From NCBI GenBank assembly GCA_009914755.4, contig CP086569.2, positions 11,136,001 through 11,200,000 on the forward strand: 64,000 bases of DNA, given 5' to 3'. Under the pieces are notes generated by a model, which saw only the letters and a program-made list of their open reading frames with translations, was not told where the DNA came from and did not search any database. A program made the translations under genes and the position numbers. Shown one piece after another: positions 54,351 to 63,650 of this stretch (positions are counted from its first letter, which is position 1; each line of letters starts with the position of its first letter). Source of the stretch: the human T2T-CHM13v2.0 reference genome, Homo sapiens.

Positions 54351-54480
54351 CACTATTCCATTCCATTCCTTTTCATTCCATTCCATTCTACTGCACTCCA
54401 CTCCACCCCACTCAATTTCACTCCACTCTTCTCCTCTCCACTCCACTCCATTCCAATCTGCTCCCCTCCACTCCACTCCA

Positions 54481-54635
54481 TTCCACTCCATTCCATTCCA
54501 TTCCACTCCATTCCATTCCATTCCACTCCATTCCATTCCATTCCATTCCATTCCATTCCATTCCATTCCATTCCATTCCACTCCATTCCATTCCATTCCA
54601 TTCCATTCCATTCCATTCCATTCCATTCCATTCCT
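54481..54635 (+). repeat. ~155-bp near-perfect (CATTC)n tract with occasional CCACT
   Basis: The longest near-homogeneous pentamer tract in the window. Confidence 0.8.
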
Positions 54636-54712
54636 TTCTTTCCACAGGATCTCACTCCGTCAAAAAGGCTGGAAATCAGTGATACAATATCAGCTCACAT
54701 TTCTTTCACCAT
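54630..54712 (-). mobile_element. Antisense Alu 3'-tail relic, class D
   Basis: ctttctttccacaggatctcactccgtcaaaaaggctggaaatcagtgatacaatatcagctcacatttctttcacc. Confidence 0.65.
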
Positions 54713-54949
54713 TCCATTGTTATCCATTCCATCCCATTCTTTCCACTATATTTCACTCACCTCCACTCCACTCCGTACCATTCCTTTGCATCCCGTTCCA
54801 TTCGACCCCAGTACACTACACTCCAGTTCACTCCATTCCATTCCTTTCCTTTCCATTCCATTCCATTCCATTCCATTCCATTCCATTCCATTCCATTCCA
54901 TTACATTCCATTCCATTACATTCCATTATTTCACACCATTGCCTTCCAA

Positions 54950-55040
54950 TCCTTTCTTTCAACGGGATGTCACGGTGTCCCCCAGGCTGGAGTGCAGTGG
55001 CACAATCTCAGCTCGCATTACATGTCAACTTTCCATTGCA
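54950..55040 (-). mobile_element. Antisense Alu 3'-tail relic, class B
   Basis: ctttctttcaacgggatgtcacggtgtcccccaggctggagtgcagtggcacaatctcagctcgcattacatgtcaactttccattgc. Confidence 0.75.
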
Positions 55041-55344
55041 TTACATTCTGTTCCATTGCATTCCATTGCATTCCATTCCATTCCATTCCATTCCAGTGCA
55101 ATCCATTCGATTCTATCTCCTTCCTTTTCATTCAATTCCATTACTTTCCACTCCTTTCCACTCCACTCCTTTACATTACATGCGATTCCATTCCACTCCA
55201 TTCCACTCCCCCGCACTCCACTTCACTCCATTCCACTACATCCCATTCCATTCCACTCCATTCCACTGCAATCCACTCCACCTCTCTCCACTTCACTTCT
55301 TTCCATTTCATCCCATTCCATTCCAATCCCTTCCATTCCACTCC

Positions 55345-55425
55345 TTTCTTTCGACAGGATCTATCACTGTCACACAGGCTGTAGTGTACTGGCACAATCT
55401 CAACACACATTTCTTTTCAACATTC
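55345..55425 (-). mobile_element. Antisense Alu 3'-tail relic, class C
   Basis: ctttctttcgacaggatctatcactgtcacacaggctgtagtgtactggcacaatctcaacacacatttcttttcaac. Confidence 0.7.
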
Positions 55426-55707
55426 CATCAGATTCCGTTACACTGCACTCCACTCCACTCCACTCCAGGACACTCCACTCCACTCCACTCAATTCCATTT
55501 CACTCCTCTCTACTCCACTCATTCCACTCCACTTGACTCTCCTCCAACTCATTCCACTCCACTCCACTCCACTCCACTCCACTCCACTCCACTCCATTCC
55601 ACTACTTCCCATTCCATTCCTCTCCATTCCACTCCACTCCACTTCAGTCCCTTCCACTCACCTCCAGTCCCTGCCATTCCTTTCCATTCCACTGCATTCC
55701 ATTCCAT

Positions 55708-55790
55708 TCTTTTTTTCGAGAGTATCTCACTCTGTCACCCAGCGTGGTGTGCAGTGACTTAATCTCAGCTCACATTTCATTTCACCATTC
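55708..55790 (-). mobile_element. Antisense Alu 3'-tail relic, class A'
   Basis: ttttttcgagagtatctcactctgtcacccagcgtggtgtgcagtgacttaatctcagctcacatttcatttcacc. Confidence 0.7.
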
Positions 55791-55994
55791 CATTCCATTC
55801 CATTCCATTCCATTCCTTTCCACTCCTCCCCAATCCACTCTTCTCCAGTCCAATCCATTCCACTCCACTCCATTCCTGTCCACTCCACTTCTGTCCATTC
55901 TATCCCATTCCGTTCCCCTCTTTTCCACTCCACACCACTCCAGTCAACTCTACTCAACTCCACTCCTTTCCATTCCACTCTATTCCATTCCATT

Positions 55995-56075
55995 GCTTTC
56001 TTTGTGAGTATCTCACACTGTCACCCAGGCTGGTGTTCAGTGACACAATCTCAGCTCACATTTCAATTCACCATT
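55995..56075 (-). mobile_element. Antisense Alu 3'-tail relic, class A'
   Basis: ctttctttgtgagtatctcacactgtcacccaggctggtgttcagtgacacaatctcagctcacatttcaattcacc. Confidence 0.7.
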
Positions 56076-56221
56076 CCATGACATTCCTTTCCATTCCATT
56101 CCATTCAATTCCATTCCATTCCTTTCCATTCCACTGCACTCCAATCCACTCCATTCAATGCCACTCCATGGCACTCAAGGCCATTCCATTCCATTATATT
56201 CCAATTCCTTCTCTTCTACTC

Positions 56222-56300
56222 CTTTCTTTTGACAGGATCTCCCTTTGTCCCACTGGGTGTACAGTAGTTGCACTATCTCATCACACATTATTTTCACCAT
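56222..56300 (-). mobile_element. Antisense Alu 3'-tail relic, class C (degenerate)
   Basis: ctttcttttgacaggatctccctttgtcccactgggtgtacagtagttgcactatctcatcacacattattttcacc. Confidence 0.55.
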
Positions 56301-56654
56301 TCTATTGCTTTGCGTTCTGTTCCGTTCCCTTATGTTCCGTATTGTTCCACTCTGTTCCACTCCACTCCCTTCCACTCCACTCCATTCAACTCCACTCCAC
56401 TCCTCTCCACTCCACTCCACTCCACTCCATTCCACTAAACACCACTCCACTCCAACCCACTACATTCCACTCCATTCCATTCCACTTATTTCCACTGCAC
56501 TCCACTCCACTCCATTCCACTCCCCTCCAGTCCATTCCACTATACTTCACTCCATTCCTCTCCACTCCATTTTACTCCACTGCATTCCACTTCACTCCAC
56601 TCCACTCCACTCCACTCCATTCCATTCCATTCCATTCCACTCCATTCCATTCCA

Positions 56655-56738
56655 TTCCTTTCTTTCCACACAATGTCACTCTGTCACAAAGGCTGTAGTG
56701 CATTGGCACAATCTTAGCTTCCATTTATTTACACCATT
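56655..56738 (-). mobile_element. Antisense Alu 3'-tail relic, class C/D
   Basis: ctttctttccacacaatgtcactctgtcacaaaggctgtagtgcattggcacaatcttagcttccatttatttacacc. Confidence 0.65.
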
Positions 56739-56902
56739 CCATTGCATTCCATTCCGTCCCATTCCAATCCATTCTATTTCACTCCACCCCACTCCACTCC
56801 ATCCCATTCCATTCGATTCCATTCCACTCCACTCCACTCCACTCCACTCTACTCCATTCCATTCCAACCCATGCCATTCCATTGCACTCCATTGCATTCC
56901 AT

Positions 56903-56998
56903 TCCTTTCTCTTGACAGGATTTCACTGTGTCACCCAGGCTGGAGAGCACAGGCAGAATGTCAGCTCACATTACAGGTTAACTTTCCATTGCTTTGCA
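56903..56998 (-). mobile_element. Antisense Alu 3'-tail relic, class B
   Basis: ctttctcttgacaggatttcactgtgtcacccaggctggagagcacaggcagaatgtcagctcacattacaggttaactttccattgctttgc. Confidence 0.7.
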
Positions 56999-57435
56999 TT
57001 CTATTCCATTGCATTTCTTTCCATTCCATTCCATTCTGTTCAATTCTATTCGATTCAATTCCATTCCGTTCCATTCCATTCCATGCGGTCCACTCCACTC
57101 TACTCCACTACATTCCATTACATCCGATTTCATTCCACTCCATTCCACTCCACTACACTCTACTCCACTCCATCCCATTCCATTCCGCTCTATTCCACTG
57201 CACTGCACTGCACCTCAATCCACTCAACTTCATTCCATTCCATTCCATCCCATTCCATTCCTCTCCATTCCACTCCATTCTACTTCACACCACTCCACTC
57301 CAGTCCATTCCATTCCATTCCATTCCATTCCATTCCATTCCACTTCACTCCACTCCACTCCATTCCACTCCACTGCACACCACTCCACTCCATTCCAATC
57401 CTTCCCATTCCATTCAGCTCCATTCCACTCTATTA

Positions 57436-57485
57436 CTGAGCATGGATCTCAGTGTCACAATCTAAGCTCACATTTTATTTCACAA
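57436..57485 (-). mobile_element. Antisense Alu 3'-tail relic, truncated (internal deletion)
   Basis: gagcatggatctcagtgtcacaatctaagctcacattttatttcacaattcc. Confidence 0.5.
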
Positions 57486-58002
57486 TTCCATTCCATTCAA
57501 TTCCATTCTATTCCATTACATTCCATTTCACTCCGTTCCACTTCACTCCACTCCAATACACTACATTCCATTACATCCGTTTCTATTCCACTCCATTACA
57601 CTCCTCCCCACTCCACTGAACTCCACGCCACTTCATTCCACTTCAACCCATTCAATTCCGCTCCTTTGCACTGCACTCCACTCAACCCCAATCCACTCAA
57701 CTTCATTTATTTCCATTCCACCCCATTCCATTCCTCTCCATTCCACTCCACTCAAATTCACTCCACTCCATTCCATTCCACTCCATTCCACTCCACTCCA
57801 TTCCAGTCCACTCCACTCCATTCCATTCCATCCCATTCCATTCCACTCTTTTCCACTCCGTTCCACTCCACTCCACTCCATTGCAATCCACTACACTCCA
57901 ATCGAATTAATTCCACTCCATTCCATTCCATTCCATTCCATTCCATTCCATTCCATTCCATTCCATTCCATTCCATTCCATTTCACTCCAATACATTCCA
58001 TA

Positions 58003-58095
58003 CCTTTCTTTCGACAAGATATCACTGTGTCACCCAGGCTTGAGTGCAGTGGCACAATCTCAGCTCACATTACATGTCAACTTTCCATTGCATTG
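58003..58095 (-). mobile_element. Antisense Alu 3'-tail relic, class B
   Basis: ctttctttcgacaagatatcactgtgtcacccaggcttgagtgcagtggcacaatctcagctcacattacatgtcaactttccattgcattgc. Confidence 0.75.
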
Positions 58096-58482
58096 CATTC
58101 TATTCCATTGTATTCCATTCCATTCCAATCAATTCCATTCCATTCCAATACATTCCATTCCATTCAAGAAAATTCCATTCCATCCCGTTCCACTCCACTC
58201 CACTCCACTCCACTACATTTCATTACATCAGAATCCATTCCACTCCATTCCACTCCTTTCCACTCCACTGCACACCACTCCACTCCATTCCAATCCTTCC
58301 CATTCCATTCAGCTCCATTCCACTGCAGTCCACACCACCCCACTCCCCTCCAATTCATTCCATTCCATTCCGTCCCATTCCATTCCTCTCCATTCCACTC
58401 TACTCCATTTCACTCCACTCCTCTCTACTGCTGTTCATTCCATTCCCTTCCACTCCATTCCATTCCACTGCTTTCCGTTCCA

Positions 58483-58565
58483 TTCCTTTCTTTTGAGAGT
58501 ATCTCACTCTCTCACCCAGCCTGGAGCACAGTGGCACAAACTCAGCTCATACTTCATTACAATTC
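58483..58565 (-). mobile_element. Antisense Alu 3'-tail relic, class A'
   Basis: ctttcttttgagagtatctcactctctcacccagcctggagcacagtggcacaaactcagctcatacttcattac. Confidence 0.7.
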
Positions 58566-58717
58566 CATTGCATTGCATTCCATTCTATTCCATTCCATTC
58601 CATTCCATTCCATTCCATTCCATTCCATTCCATTCCACTTCACTCCACTCCACTCCATTCCACTCCACTCCACTCTAATCCATTCCATTCCATTCCAATC
58701 CCTTCCTTTTCTCTCCT

Positions 58718-58796
58718 TTCTTTCGACAGGATCTCCCTCTGTCACAGAGGCTGTAGCCTAGTGTCACAATCTCAGCACACATTTCCCTTCACCTTT
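58718..58796 (-). mobile_element. Antisense Alu 3'-tail relic, class C
   Basis: ctttctttcgacaggatctccctctgtcacagaggctgtagcctagtgtcacaatctcagcacacatttcccttcacc. Confidence 0.7.
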
Positions 58797-59149
58797 CCGT
58801 TCTGTTTTTTTCCTTTCCATTCTGTAACATTCCGTTCCACTCCACTCCACTCTATTCCACTCCACTCCACTCGGTTTCATTCCACTTTATTTGATTCCAC
58901 TCTATTGCACTGCACTCCATTCCACCCCACTCCACTCCATTCCACCCCACTCCACTCCATTCCACTCCATTCCATTCGGCTCCATTGCACTTCTCTCCAC
59001 TCCACCCCACTCCACTCCACTCCACTGCATTCCACTCCTCTCCACTCCACTACACTACATTCAACTCCACTCTACTCCACTCCATTCCACTCCCCTCCAC
59101 TCCACTCCACTCCACTCCATTCCATTCTATTACACTCTAGTCCATTCCA

Positions 59150-59232
59150 TTTCTTTCTTTCCCCAGGATCTCACTCTGTTACAAAAGTTGGAGTGCAGTG
59201 GCAGAATCTCAGCTCACATTTCTTTTCATCAT
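59150..59232 (-). mobile_element. Antisense Alu 3'-tail relic, class D
   Basis: ctttctttccccaggatctcactctgttacaaaagttggagtgcagtggcagaatctcagctcacatttcttttcatc. Confidence 0.7.
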
Positions 59233-59404
59233 TCCTTTGCTTTCCCTTCCATTCCATTCCACTCAATTTCACTCCACTCCACTGCATTCCATTCCACTCG
59301 ATCCCATTCCATTCAACTCAATTCCACTCCACTCCACTTCACTCCACTCCACTCCAGTCCACTCCATTCCATTCCATTCCATTTCAGACCATTGCATTCC
59401 ATTC

Positions 59405-59495
59405 CTATCTTTCAACAGGATATCACTGGGTCACCCAGGCTGGAGTGCAGTGGCACAATATCAACTCACATTACATGTCAACATACAATTGCATT
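59405..59495 (-). mobile_element. Antisense Alu 3'-tail relic, class B
   Basis: ctatctttcaacaggatatcactgggtcacccaggctggagtgcagtggcacaatatcaactcacattacatgtcaacatacaattgcattgc. Confidence 0.75.
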
Positions 59496-59824
59496 GCGAT
59501 CTATTCCATTGCTTTCCATTGCATTCCATTCCTTTCCATTCCATTCCATGCAATTCAATTCCATCCCACTACATTCCACTACATTCCATTACATCTGATT
59601 CCATTCCACTACATTCCACTCCTCTCCACTCTACTGCACTCCACTCTACTCCATTCCACTCCATCCCATTTCATTCCACTTCATGCCGCTGCACTCCACT
59701 CTACCCTACTCCACTCCACTTCATTCAATTCCATCCCATTCCATTCCTCTCCATTCCATTCCACTCCACTTCCCTCCACTCCACTACATTCCTCTCTATT
59801 CCATTCCACTGCATTTCATTCCAT

Positions 59825-59905
59825 TCCTTTCTTTAGAGAGTATGTCACTCTGTCACCCATCCTGGAGCACAATGTCACAATCCCATCTCACATTTCATTT
59901 CACCA
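59825..59905 (-). mobile_element. Antisense Alu 3'-tail relic, class A'
   Basis: ctttctttagagagtatgtcactctgtcacccatcctggagcacaatgtcacaatcccatctcacatttcatttcacc. Confidence 0.65.
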
Positions 59906-60117
59906 TTCCGTTCCATTCCATTCCATTCCATTCCATTCCAGTCCATTCCAGTCCACTCCACTGCACTCCGCTCCATTCCAATCTATTCCACTCAACTCCA
60001 CTCCACTCTATTCCAGTTCACTCCACTCCTTTCAATTCCATCCAGTTCCAATGCACTGTTTTCCACTCCACTGCACTCCACTCCATTGCAGTCCATTCCA
60101 CGCCATTTCATTTCATT

Positions 60118-60198
60118 CCTTTCTTTTGACAGGATCTCACTCTGTTACCCAGGCAGGTGTGCAATGGCACAATCTCAGCTCACATTTCATTTCACCAT
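60118..60198 (-). mobile_element. Antisense Alu 3'-tail relic, class E
   Basis: ctttcttttgacaggatctcactctgttacccaggcaggtgtgcaatggcacaatctcagctcacatttcatttcacc. Confidence 0.75.
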
Positions 60199-60295
60199 TA
60201 AATTCCATTGCATTCTATTCCACTGCACTCCACTACACTCAATTTCATTCGACTCCACTCCAATCCATTCTATTCCATTCCATTCCATTCCATTC

Positions 60296-60340
60296 CGTTC
60301 CATTCCGTTCCGTTCCGTTCCGTTCCGTTCCGTTCCGTTC
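60296..60340 (+). repeat. (CCGTT)n CpG-retaining pentamer variant run
   Basis: ccgttccattccgttccgttccgttccgttccgttccgttcc; a similar run is at 63616-63650. Confidence 0.8.
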
Positions 60341-60382
60341 CATTCCATTCCATTCCATTCCAATCCCTTCCATTCAATTCCT

Positions 60383-60460
60383 TTCTTTCAACAGGATCTT
60401 CCTCTGTCACACAGGCTGTAGTGTAATGGACCAATCTCAGCACATATTTCTTTTCACTAT
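60383..60460 (-). mobile_element. Antisense Alu 3'-tail relic, class C
   Basis: ctttctttcaacaggatcttcctctgtcacacaggctgtagtgtaatggaccaatctcagcacatatttcttttcac. Confidence 0.7.
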
Positions 60461-60736
60461 TCCATTCCAGTTCTTTCCATTCCATTCTGTTCCATTCCGT
60501 TCCATTCCATTCCATTCCATTCCACTCCACTCTTCTCCACTCCACTCCACTCCTCTCAGTTCCCTCCACTCCATTCTAATCCACTCCACTCCTTTCCACT
60601 CCATTCCACTCCACTCCACTCCATTCCACTCCACTCCACTCCATTCCACTCCACCCCACTCCATTCCATTCCAGTCCACTCCACTCCACTTCACTCCATT
60701 CCACTCCATTCCATTCCACTCCATTCCATTCCATTC

Positions 60737-60815
60737 CTTTCTTTCCACAGGATCCCAATCTGTCACAAAGTCTGGAGTGTAGTTGCACAATCTCAGCTCA
60801 CATTTCTTTTGACCA
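60737..60815 (-). mobile_element. Antisense Alu 3'-tail relic, class D
   Basis: ctttctttccacaggatcccaatctgtcacaaagtctggagtgtagttgcacaatctcagctcacatttcttttgacc. Confidence 0.7.
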
Positions 60816-61021
60816 TTCCATTGCCTTCCATTCCGTCCCATTCCATTACACTCTATTGCACTCCACTCCACTCTACTACACTCCACTCCACTCAAATCCA
60901 TTCCATTCCATCCCATTCCATTCGATTCCATTCCACTCCACTCCATTGAACTGCACTCCACTCCATTCCCTTCCATTCCATTGCAACCATTCCATTCCAT
61001 TTCACTCCATTGCATTCCATT

Positions 61022-61115
61022 CCTTTCTTTTGGCAGGATATCACTGTGTCACCCAGGCTGGAGTGCAGTGGCACAATCTCAGCTCACATTACTTCTCAAC
61101 TTTCCATTGCATTGC
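61022..61115 (-). mobile_element. Antisense Alu 3'-tail relic, class B
   Basis: ctttcttttggcaggatatcactgtgtcacccaggctggagtgcagtggcacaatctcagctcacattacttctcaactttccattgcattgc. Confidence 0.75.
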
Positions 61116-61642
61116 ATTCTGTTCAATTGCATTCCATTGCATCCCATTCCATTTCATTCCATTGCACTCCATTCCATTCAATTCCACTCCGTTGCACTCA
61201 ACTCCACTCCACTGCTTTCCATCACATCCGATTCCATTCCACTCCATTCCACACCTCTCCACTCCACTGCACTCCACGACAATCCATTCAACTACATCCC
61301 ATTCCATTCCACTCCACTCCACTCCACCATATTCCACTCAAGTTCATTCCATTCAATTCCATCCTATTCCGTTCTTCTGTATTCCACTCCGCTCCCTCCA
61401 CTCCTCTCCATTCCACTCCACTCCTTTCCACTCCACTCCATTCCACTCCTCTCCATTCCATTCCACTCCACTCTACTCCATTCCACTCCACTCCGTTCCA
61501 CTCCATGCCACTCCACTCCACTCCACCCCACTCCACCCACTCCGTTTCACTCCATTCCACTGCACTCCATTCCACTCTACTCCACTACATTCTCTTCCAT
61601 TCCACTCCACTCCATCCCACTCCACTCCATTCCATTCCATTC

Positions 61643-61722
61643 CTTTCTTTCCACAGGATCTCACTCTGTCACAAAGTCTGGAGTGAACTGGCACAATCTC
61701 AACACATATTTCTTTTCAGCGT
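61643..61722 (-). mobile_element. Antisense Alu 3'-tail relic, class D
   Basis: ctttctttccacaggatctcactctgtcacaaagtctggagtgaactggcacaatctcaacacatatttcttttcagc. Confidence 0.7.
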
Positions 61723-61874
61723 TCTATTGCATTCTATTAAATCTTATTCCATTCCACTCTATTTTGCTCCTCTCCACTCCATTCCATTCCACTGCAGAAC
61801 GTTCCAATCGACTCCACTCCACTCCAATTCATTCCATTCCATTCCATTCCATTTAACTCCTTTGCATTCCATTA

Positions 61875-61965
61875 CTTTCTTTCGACAGGATATCACTGTG
61901 TCACTCAGGCTGTGGTGCAGTGGAACAATCTCATCTCACATTACATGCCAACTTGCCATTTTATT
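61875..61965 (-). mobile_element. Antisense Alu 3'-tail relic, class B
   Basis: ctttctttcgacaggatatcactgtgtcactcaggctgtggtgcagtggaacaatctcatctcacattacatgccaacttgccattttattgc. Confidence 0.7.
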
Positions 61966-62292
61966 GCATTCTATTCCATTGCATTCCATTCTATTCCATT
62001 CCATTCAATTCCAGTATATTCGACTCCATTCCACTCCACTGCACTCCACTCCACTACATTCAATTACATCCGATTCCATTCCACTCCACTCCACTCCTGT
62101 CCACACCACTGCAATCCAATCCATTCCATTCCACTCCATCCCATTGCATTACCCTCCCATACACTGTAATCCTCTCCCCCGCACTCCATTCCACTTCATT
62201 CCATTCCATTCCATTCCTCTCCATTCCACTCCACTCCACTCCCCTCCAGTCCACGCCATTCCATTCCATTCCACAGCATTCCATTCCATTCA

Positions 62293-62368
62293 TCTTTGGA
62301 GATTATCTCACTCTGTCACCCAGCCTGGAGTGCAGTGGCATAATCTCAGCTCACATTTTATTTCACCA
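62293..62368 (-). mobile_element. Antisense Alu 3'-tail relic, class A'
   Basis: ctttggagattatctcactctgtcacccagcctggagtgcagtggcataatctcagctcacattttatttcacc. Confidence 0.75.
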
Positions 62369-62547
62369 TTCCAGTCCATTTTATTCCATTCCATTCCACT
62401 CCACTCTTCTCCATGCCAATCGATTCCACTCCACTTCACTCCACTCCATTCCAGTCCACTCCACTCCTTTCCATTCCATTCCATTTCATTCCACTCCTTT
62501 CCACTCCACTCCACTCAACTCCACTCCATTCTACTCCATTCCATTCC

Positions 62548-62628
62548 ATTCCTTTCTTTTGACACCATCTCACTCTGTTACCCAGACTGATGTGCAGTGG
62601 CTCAATCTCAGCTCAAATTTCATTTCAC
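62548..62628 (-). mobile_element. Antisense Alu 3'-tail relic, class E
   Basis: ctttcttttgacaccatctcactctgttacccagactgatgtgcagtggctcaatctcagctcaaatttcatttcac. Confidence 0.7.
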
Positions 62629-62757
62629 ATTCCATTCCATTCCATTGCATTGCATTCCATTCCATTCCAATGCACTCCACTCCTCGCCACTCAATTCCAC
62701 TCCACTCTACTCCAGTCCATTCCTTTCCATTACATTCCAATCCCTTCTATTCCACTC

Positions 62758-62836
62758 CTTTCTTTCAACAGGATCTCCCTCTCTCACACAGGCTGCAGTT
62801 TAGTGGCACAATCTCAGCACACATTTCTTTGCAACA
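62758..62836 (-). mobile_element. Antisense Alu 3'-tail relic, class C
   Basis: ctttctttcaacaggatctccctctctcacacaggctgcagtttagtggcacaatctcagcacacatttctttgcaac. Confidence 0.7.
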
Positions 62837-63217
62837 TTCCATTGCATTCCATTCCATTCCATTCCACTCCGTTCCTCTCCACTCCACTCCACCCAATTCC
62901 AATCCACTCCATTCCACTCCACTCCACTCTACTCCCTTCCACTCCACTCCACTCCAGTCCACTCCATTCCAATCTACTCCGTTCCACTCCACTCCAATGC
63001 ACTCCTCTCCATTCCATTCCTTTCTGCACCATTCCACTGCAATCCACTCCACCCCAATCGACTCCACTCCACTCCACTACTTTCCACTCCAGTCTACTCC
63101 ACTCCATTCCATTAAGCTCCACTCCACTCCATTACATTAAGCTCCACTCCATTTCACTTCACTCCATTCAACTCCACTCCACTCCTTTCCATTCCATTCC
63201 ACTCCATTCTATTCCAC

Positions 63218-63296
63218 TCCTTTCTTTCCACCGGGTCTCTCTCTTTCACAAAGTTTGTAGTGCAGTGGCACAATCTCAGCTTATATTTATTTTCAC
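63218..63296 (-). mobile_element. Antisense Alu 3'-tail relic, class D
   Basis: ctttctttccaccgggtctctctctttcacaaagtttgtagtgcagtggcacaatctcagcttatatttattttcacc. Confidence 0.7.
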
Positions 63297-63485
63297 CATT
63301 TCATTGCATTCCATTCCATCCCATTCCATTCCACTCTTTTTCACTCCTCTCCCCTCCACTCTATCCCATTTCACTCCATCCCATTCCATTTGATTCCATT
63401 CCACTCCACTCCACTCCACTCCACTCCATTCCGTTCCTTTCCATTCTATTCTATTCCATTCCATTGCTCTCCATTGCATTCCATT

Positions 63486-63580
63486 ACTTTCTTTCGATAG
63501 GATTTGACTGTGTCACACAGGTTGGAGTGTAGTGGCACAATCTCAGCTCACATTACATGTCAACTTTCCATTTCTTTTCA
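63486..63580 (-). mobile_element. Antisense Alu 3'-tail relic, class B
   Basis: ctttctttcgataggatttgactgtgtcacacaggttggagtgtagtggcacaatctcagctcacattacatgtcaactttccatttc. Confidence 0.7.
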
Positions 63581-63615
63581 TTCTATTCAATTGCATTCCA
63601 TTCCATTCCATTCCA

Positions 63616-63650
63616 TTCCGTTCCGTTCCGTTCCATTCCGTTCCGTTCCA
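63616..63650 (+). repeat. (CCGTT)n CpG-retaining pentamer variant run
   Basis: ccattccgttccgttccgttccattccgttccgttcc. Confidence 0.75.

Noticed and set aside
51978-54470. Alu-Alu (relic-relic) homologous recombination as the cause of the ~500-bp indel between higher-order-repeat copies
   Set aside because: The class B specific tail downstream of the Alu core is retained in the shorter copy. The breakpoint therefore lies in pentamer sequence after the relic, not within the shared Alu core.
9766-63580. Intact or independently inserted Alu / SINE elements
   Set aside because: Only the terminal about 55 nt plus A-tail image is present in every case, with identical truncation. No full Alu body, no target-site duplications.
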